Part shown: one piece after another, positions 60,731-64,000 of the stretch | Layout of the letters: the number at the start of each line of letters is the position of its first letter | Numbering within the stretch: the first letter of the stretch is position 1 | Origin: Christensenellaceae bacterium | GTDB taxonomy: Bacteria; Bacillota; Clostridia; Christensenellales; DTU072 | DNA: 64,000 bases | Assembly: GCA_031259085.1 (NCBI GenBank) | Contig: JAIRMA010000061.1 | Span: 39,773 to 103,772 of the forward strand | Direction of reading: 5' to 3' | Made by a program: the position numbers and the translations under genes | Notes under the pieces: model-generated | Seen by the model: only the letters and a program-made list of their open reading frames with translations | What the model was told of the DNA's origin: nothing | Databases searched by the model: none

Positions 60731-61150
60731 CTAACGTTTGCTAAATTGTGGTGCTTTGCGAGCTTTATGTAGCCCATATTTTTTACGTTCTTTCATTCTT
60801 GGATCACGAGTTAAGAACCCAGCACTTTTAAGTGAAGGTCTTAGCGTCGCATCAGCTTGACATAATGCCCTTGCAATACCATGACGAATAGCACCAGCTT
60901 GACCAGTCGTACCACCACCTGAAACGTTAACTGCTATATCATAAGCAGAATTCATCGATACTAAATGTAGTGGTTGTCGAACAATGTACTTAAGTGTTTC
61001 TAATCCGAAATAGTCATCTATACCACGCTTGTTTACAATAATAGTACCATCGCCACCAGGAATAAGTCTTACACGTGCCACCGCCGTCTTCCTTCTACCT
61101 GTGCCCCAATATTGGATTTTTTTCTTTGTTGCCTTTTTAGTTGTAGCCAT
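60731..61150 (-). CDS. rpsI: 30S ribosomal protein S9
   Basis: [44 protein letters not shown]. Confidence 0.99.
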   Translation of the reverse strand: MATTKKATKKKIQYWGTGRRKTAVARVRLIPGGDGTIIVNKRGIDDYFGLETLKYIVRQPLHLVSMNSAYDIAVNVSGGGTTGQAGAIRHGIARALCQADATLRPSLKSAGFLTRDPRMKERKKYGLHKARKAPQFSKR

Positions 61151-61161
61151 TTACTTATCCT

Positions 61162-61590
61162 CTAAAATACTAACGATTCAGGTCTTTGAGCCTGTTGTTT
61201 GTGTTCACTACCTGCATAAACAAATAGCTTTGAAAACATTTTTCTACCGAGTGAGTTTTTTGGCAACATGCCTTTTATTGCATGTTCAACTACAAAAATA
61301 GGCTTAGTGCTCATCAATTTATCATAGCGCACTTCCTTTAACCCACCCACATAACCAGTATGATAGCGATAGAATTTCTTTTCTGCTTTCTTACCAGTTA
61401 AAATAACATTTTTGCAATTTATTATTACTACATAATCACCCGTATCAACATTAGGTGTAAAAATAGGTTTGTTCTTCCCTCTTAGTATTGATGCAACTTG
61501 TGCAGCAAGCCTTCCCAAAGCCATGCCAGTTGCATCTACAACATACCATTTTCTCTCTATTGATTCGGATTTTGCCATAATTGTGTCCAT
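61162..61590 (-). CDS. rplM: 50S ribosomal protein L13
   Basis: WYVVDA...LGRLA, LRGKNKP.FTP..D.GD, GMLPKN.LG. Confidence 0.99.
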   Translation of the reverse strand: MDTIMAKSESIERKWYVVDATGMALGRLAAQVASILRGKNKPIFTPNVDTGDYVVIINCKNVILTGKKAEKKFYRYHTGYVGGLKEVRYDKLMSTKPIFVVEHAIKGMLPKNSLGRKMFSKLFVYAGSEHKQQAQRPESLVF

Positions 61591-61594
61591 GGTT

Positions 61595-61655
61595 AGACCT
61601 CCGATATAACGTTGCGCTTAAAATCGATTACGGGGGCTCAATCCGAATTCAAAAA
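61595..61655 (-). ncRNA. Probable L13 ribosomal protein leader
   Basis: Structured 5' UTR of rplM containing GCCCCCG and an SD-proximal hairpin; position typical of the Firmicute L13 leader; not verified with a covariance model. Confidence 0.45.
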
Positions 61656-61991
61656 ATCACGCTCATTAATAATATTATATATTTAAATTTGAGTCAAATA
61701 TTTAAGTATATAAAATGAGGTTTTTTTAATTTTAATGTTTGCTTATTTCATTACATACTCTTTTTAATAACATTAAATAGTTAGGCATAATCCAATTCTG
61801 ATCGTTTTCCTGGTTCTTTACTGTTTACTATAATACTACTAAATGATTACTCCCCAAAGAATATTACATTTTAAGCCTACTCTAGACAAAATTGATAATT
61901 GTAGTCTGCTCTCCCTGAGTTATGAATTAATTAACTTTTCACTTCATATTATATTAAAATCCTTTTTTTATTAAAGATAAGTTTAAAAAAA

Positions 61992-62031
61992 TGTGGATAA
62001 GTCTGTTGATAACTCACTAAAATGTGGATAA
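61992..62031 (-). promoter_or_regulatory. Cluster of three co-oriented DnaA boxes
   Basis: TGTGGATAA (61992-62000), TGTTGATAA (62004-62012), TGTGGATAA (62023-62031); reverse complements of TTATCCACA (two perfect, one single mismatch). Confidence 0.8.
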
Positions 62032-62117
62032 CTTGTTAATTTTTAAGATTATTAGAAATAAACATGTAACATACTTTAACTAATTCCAAAAAGAATTGTT
62101 TATATAAGAGAGGCTAG

Positions 62118-62816
62118 ATGAAATCTATTAAAATATTCTTAGCTGTAATTCTCCTGCTTGGTTGTTATTTGTGTGTCTACACTACGGTTCACGCCATATT
62201 AGGAAATGCATTAGAAAATCACCGCTATGTTGTAGTAATTGATGCAGGACATGGAGGAATTGACGGTGGGGCAGTTGGTATTAAAACTGGGGTAAAAGAA
62301 TCTGATTTGACTCTAGAAATCAGCAAACTAATAGCTTCATATTTAGAGGCCTCTAGTACAATTGATGTTGTTTTGACTAGAGACTCACCTGATGGGCTTT
62401 ATTCAGAAAAATCAAAAAACAAAAAATTAGACGATTTGAATAAACGCAAATCTATTATTTTGAGTTATAATCCATGTTTAGTTGTTAGTATTCACTGCAA
62501 CAAATTTCCAAATCCAAATAGGCGCGGCGCACAAGTATTTTTTTCAAATACCAATGAGTCCAATAATTATTTTGCCAGCATTTTACAAATGAATGTTAAT
62601 ATGCTCAATTCTAAATATCTGAATAGGACTTTTTCGGCGTTGATGGGTGATTATTTCATTATAAAATGCACAAGCTTTACATCTGCTCTTGTCGAATGTG
62701 GTTTTTTGTCAAATTCTGAGGACGAGAAACTCCTTCTCGATCCTATTTATTTAGATGAATTGGCACGTTGCATACATGCTGGGATTCTTTCTTTTGTACT
62801 AAACATAATATGTTAG
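62118..62816 (+). CDS. cwlD: N-acetylmuramoyl-L-alanine amidase, germination-specific CwlD-like
   Basis: Signal anchor, IDAGHGGIDGG, KESDLTL, VSIHCN, GAQVF, LVECGFLSN; next to rplM-rpsI; sigma-E-like CATACTT at 62070-62076. Confidence 0.82.
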   Translation: MKSIKIFLAVILLLGCYLCVYTTVHAILGNALENHRYVVVIDAGHGGIDGGAVGIKTGVKESDLTLEISKLIASYLEASSTIDVVLTRDSPDGLYSEKSKNKKLDDLNKRKSIILSYNPCLVVSIHCNKFPNPNRRGAQVFFSNTNESNNYFASILQMNVNMLNSKYLNRTFSALMGDYFIIKCTSFTSALVECGFLSNSEDEKLLLDPIYLDELARCIHAGILSFVLNIIC

Positions 62817-63061
62817 CTTTTTTAATATTTCCAATTCTCAATCGTTAATTATTCTCATGCTCTTGAACAGTAATTATTAACCTATTTGCTCAAATTGACA
62901 CAGGAGGCATCTTATAAAATTTTTTTTCTAATTTCTGTGTCAAGTTAGAGGTGAATCAAAAACCTAAATGTTTCCTGACGAATTTTCAAGATTTAAGGTT
63001 TTATCAAAATTTTTTATTTTATGCTCATTCGTTGAGCTTTTTTATTAGTTTTGCCTGAGAA

Positions 63062-63163
63062 ACAGCCGACAATGCAAAAGAACACGCCGAAACCGAATTT
63101 GAAAAAATTCGCATTATACAAGACAAATTGTTTCAAAGTGATTATGATAAATTCATTGACTAA
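63062..63163 (+). pseudogene. C-terminal remnant of a RhuM-family protein
   Basis: Translates TADNAKEHAETEFEKIRIIQDKLFQSDYDKFID*, matching the RhuM-family C-terminal pattern AK.HAE.EFEK.RI.QD.LF.SD.D; no start or upstream body. Confidence 0.65.
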
Positions 63164-63407
63164 CTTTTGGCAGAAGGTAAAAAGAGAGCAAAAGGCAGTG
63201 ACAAATGGCGAAATTAGATAAGTTGATCGACGACATTTATCTCACAAAATGACATGTACGTGCCCAATTTATTGAATTGATAAAATAAACTATATTCTAT
63301 AAGCTCGAATATCAAGTGAAATGGATCCTAAAATACTTTTAAAAACTAACATGATTAAAACTCTAATAATATTTTAATTGTCTAACTTTTGTTTTGAGCA
63401 AATCATA

Positions 63408-64000
63408 TTATTTAAAAACAAGGTTTTTTAGTGCTTCATAATATATATCAAATGCTAATGCAAGATCTTTTAATGAAATGCATTCATCTTTTTGATGGAC
63501 AACAGATACTGTGTCTGGAAATGAAGGCCCAAATGCAACCCCATGCGGCAAAAATCTAGCATAAGTACCACCACCAATAGTAATAGGTTTGGACTTAGTA
63601 AACATTACTTTATCATAGGCGTTTAATAAAGTTTTAACAAGAGGATCATTTTGATCGACAAACAATGGATCGTGCCCGTCAATTTCATTAATAGTTAAAA
63701 ATTTAAGTTTGTTCTTTAGCACATTTATTAAGAGGCCTTTTGAAATAGACACTGGAAAGCGAATGTCCAATTCAAAAACCAATTGAGCATTAATAATTGA
63801 CACAGTACCTAGGTTTAGAGTAAGTGCTCCACTTTTTGAATCACTTAAATTCAAATTACAACATGAACCATCGTATGAAGAAAAAGCCCGCGAAATATTA
63901 AGCAACTCAGAATTTGTTTCACCTAAAATTGACAATAGTTTGATAATAGCATTATCGCCATCATAAGGGGTGCTAGCATGAGCCGATTTGCCGCGTGTAG
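63408..64000 (-). CDS. M20 family dipeptidase (PepV-like), C-terminal part; starts beyond the window
   Basis: GKSAHASTPYDGDNAI at the window edge, TLNLG, DIRFP, GGGTYAR, VAFGP, HQKDE. Confidence 0.9.
   Translation of the reverse strand, partial: TRGKSAHASTPYDGDNAIIKLLSILGETNSELLNISRAFSSYDGSCCNLNLSDSKSGALTLNLGTVSIINAQLVFELDIRFPVSISKGLLINVLKNKLKFLTINEIDGHDPLFVDQNDPLVKTLLNAYDKVMFTKSKPITIGGGTYARFLPHGVAFGPSFPDTVSVVHQKDECISLKDLALAFDIYYEALKNLVFK

Overview
AT-rich chromosomal segment of a spore-forming, low-GC Firmicute (Clostridia-like, inferred from gene content: ftsA-ftsZ-spoIIGA-sigE, yyaC, ylbJ, cwlD, pta-ackA, rubrerythrin). It is mostly housekeeping: partial htpG with a perfect CIRCE, queH/queA/tgt, ruvCAB, ruvX, rarA, trxB, ribosomal protein genes (two operons with leader RNAs), two tRNA clusters (9 tRNAs), three ABC exporter genes, two GPH-type MFS transporters, a GH29 fucosidase and iolE/iolG. 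The stand-out locus is 7650-14130. A sigma-A promoter drives a GEMM-I (c-di-GMP-I class) riboswitch that carries the A20 variant associated with 3',3'-cGAMP recognition, wired as an ON switch by an overlapping terminator. It precedes four translationally coupled ORFs: a 75-aa leader ORF, a 1316-aa secreted LRR-containing protein and two proteins with SipW-type (TasA/CalY-like) signal peptides, which suggests an uncharacterised cyclic-dinucleotide-controlled surface fibre/matrix system. Other oddities: an ABC exporter with a ~390-aa extracellular insert, an MFS with a ~410-aa cytoplasmic tail, a RuvX-DUF1292 fusion within a triplicated DUF1292 array, several apparently leaderless genes, a DnaA-box cluster between rplM and cwlD, an initiator tRNA with a defective T-arm, and IS and RhuM remnants. 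No CRISPR array, rRNA or intact mobile element was seen. All family assignments come from motif recognition by eye; no searches were run.
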